From NCBI GenBank assembly GCA_964252035.1, contig OZ176203.1: DNA of 64,000 nucleotides; one strand, given 5' to 3'. The notes under the pieces were generated by a model. That model searched no databases and was not told the origin of the DNA. It saw nothing but the letters and a program-made list of their open reading frames with translations. Below, in pieces: positions 63,861 through 64,000 of the stretch. The DNA is from Podarcis erhardii. Its lineage: Eukaryota. Both the position numbers and the translations under genes were made by a program. Positions within the stretch are counted from its first letter, which is position 1. Each line of letters begins with the position of its first letter.

Positions 63861-64000
63861 AGAATCCTGGATTTCATGGCATTGAAAATTTATGATTCTG
63901 TATCTCCCTCATCTCCAAAATAGCAAAGATCAAAAATAATTTCTGTGTTGAGAGTTTTTAAAAAGTTAAAACACACTTTGGGAAATACAATCAATTATTC

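Noticed and set aside
31000-64000. CCDC80 coding sequence expected from synteny
   Set aside because: Its large first coding exon would be an obvious long ORF and none is present, so no gene call was made

Overview
This is vertebrate genomic DNA, not prokaryotic. Sauria-type SINEs, BovB, L2, CR1 and Penelope repeats point to a squamate lizard, probably a lacertid (inference). Two host genes are visible head-to-head. GTPBP8 lies on the minus strand: four coding exons at 5151-1049 with clean GT-AG splicing, a CpG-island promoter at about 6.7-7.5 kb, and its last exons apparently left of the window. A complete 7-exon inhibitory-type CD200 receptor (CD200R1-like, 335 aa) lies on the plus strand at 15048-30924. 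The remaining ~33 kb has no recognisable host exon and is dominated by transposons. I found no CRISPR array, rRNA or true tRNA gene, and I cannot claim a new multi-gene system. The most unusual sequence-supported observations are: (1) a Penelope remnant encoding a complete minimal hammerhead ribozyme, probably sense to the GTPBP8 pre-mRNA but caged in a 68-bp inverted repeat; (2) a young chimeric hAT/Tc2 element with three 109-bp hairpin units, the third a perfect 57-bp-arm palindrome with a flipped loop; (3) an internally deleted Gypsy element with almost identical LTRs but many coding lesions, carrying a hAT MITE in one LTR with the empty site preserved in the other; (4) a CD200R tail that departs from the mammalian three-tyrosine motif. 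All coordinates were counted by eye, and repeat family names come from recalled motifs, not database searches.
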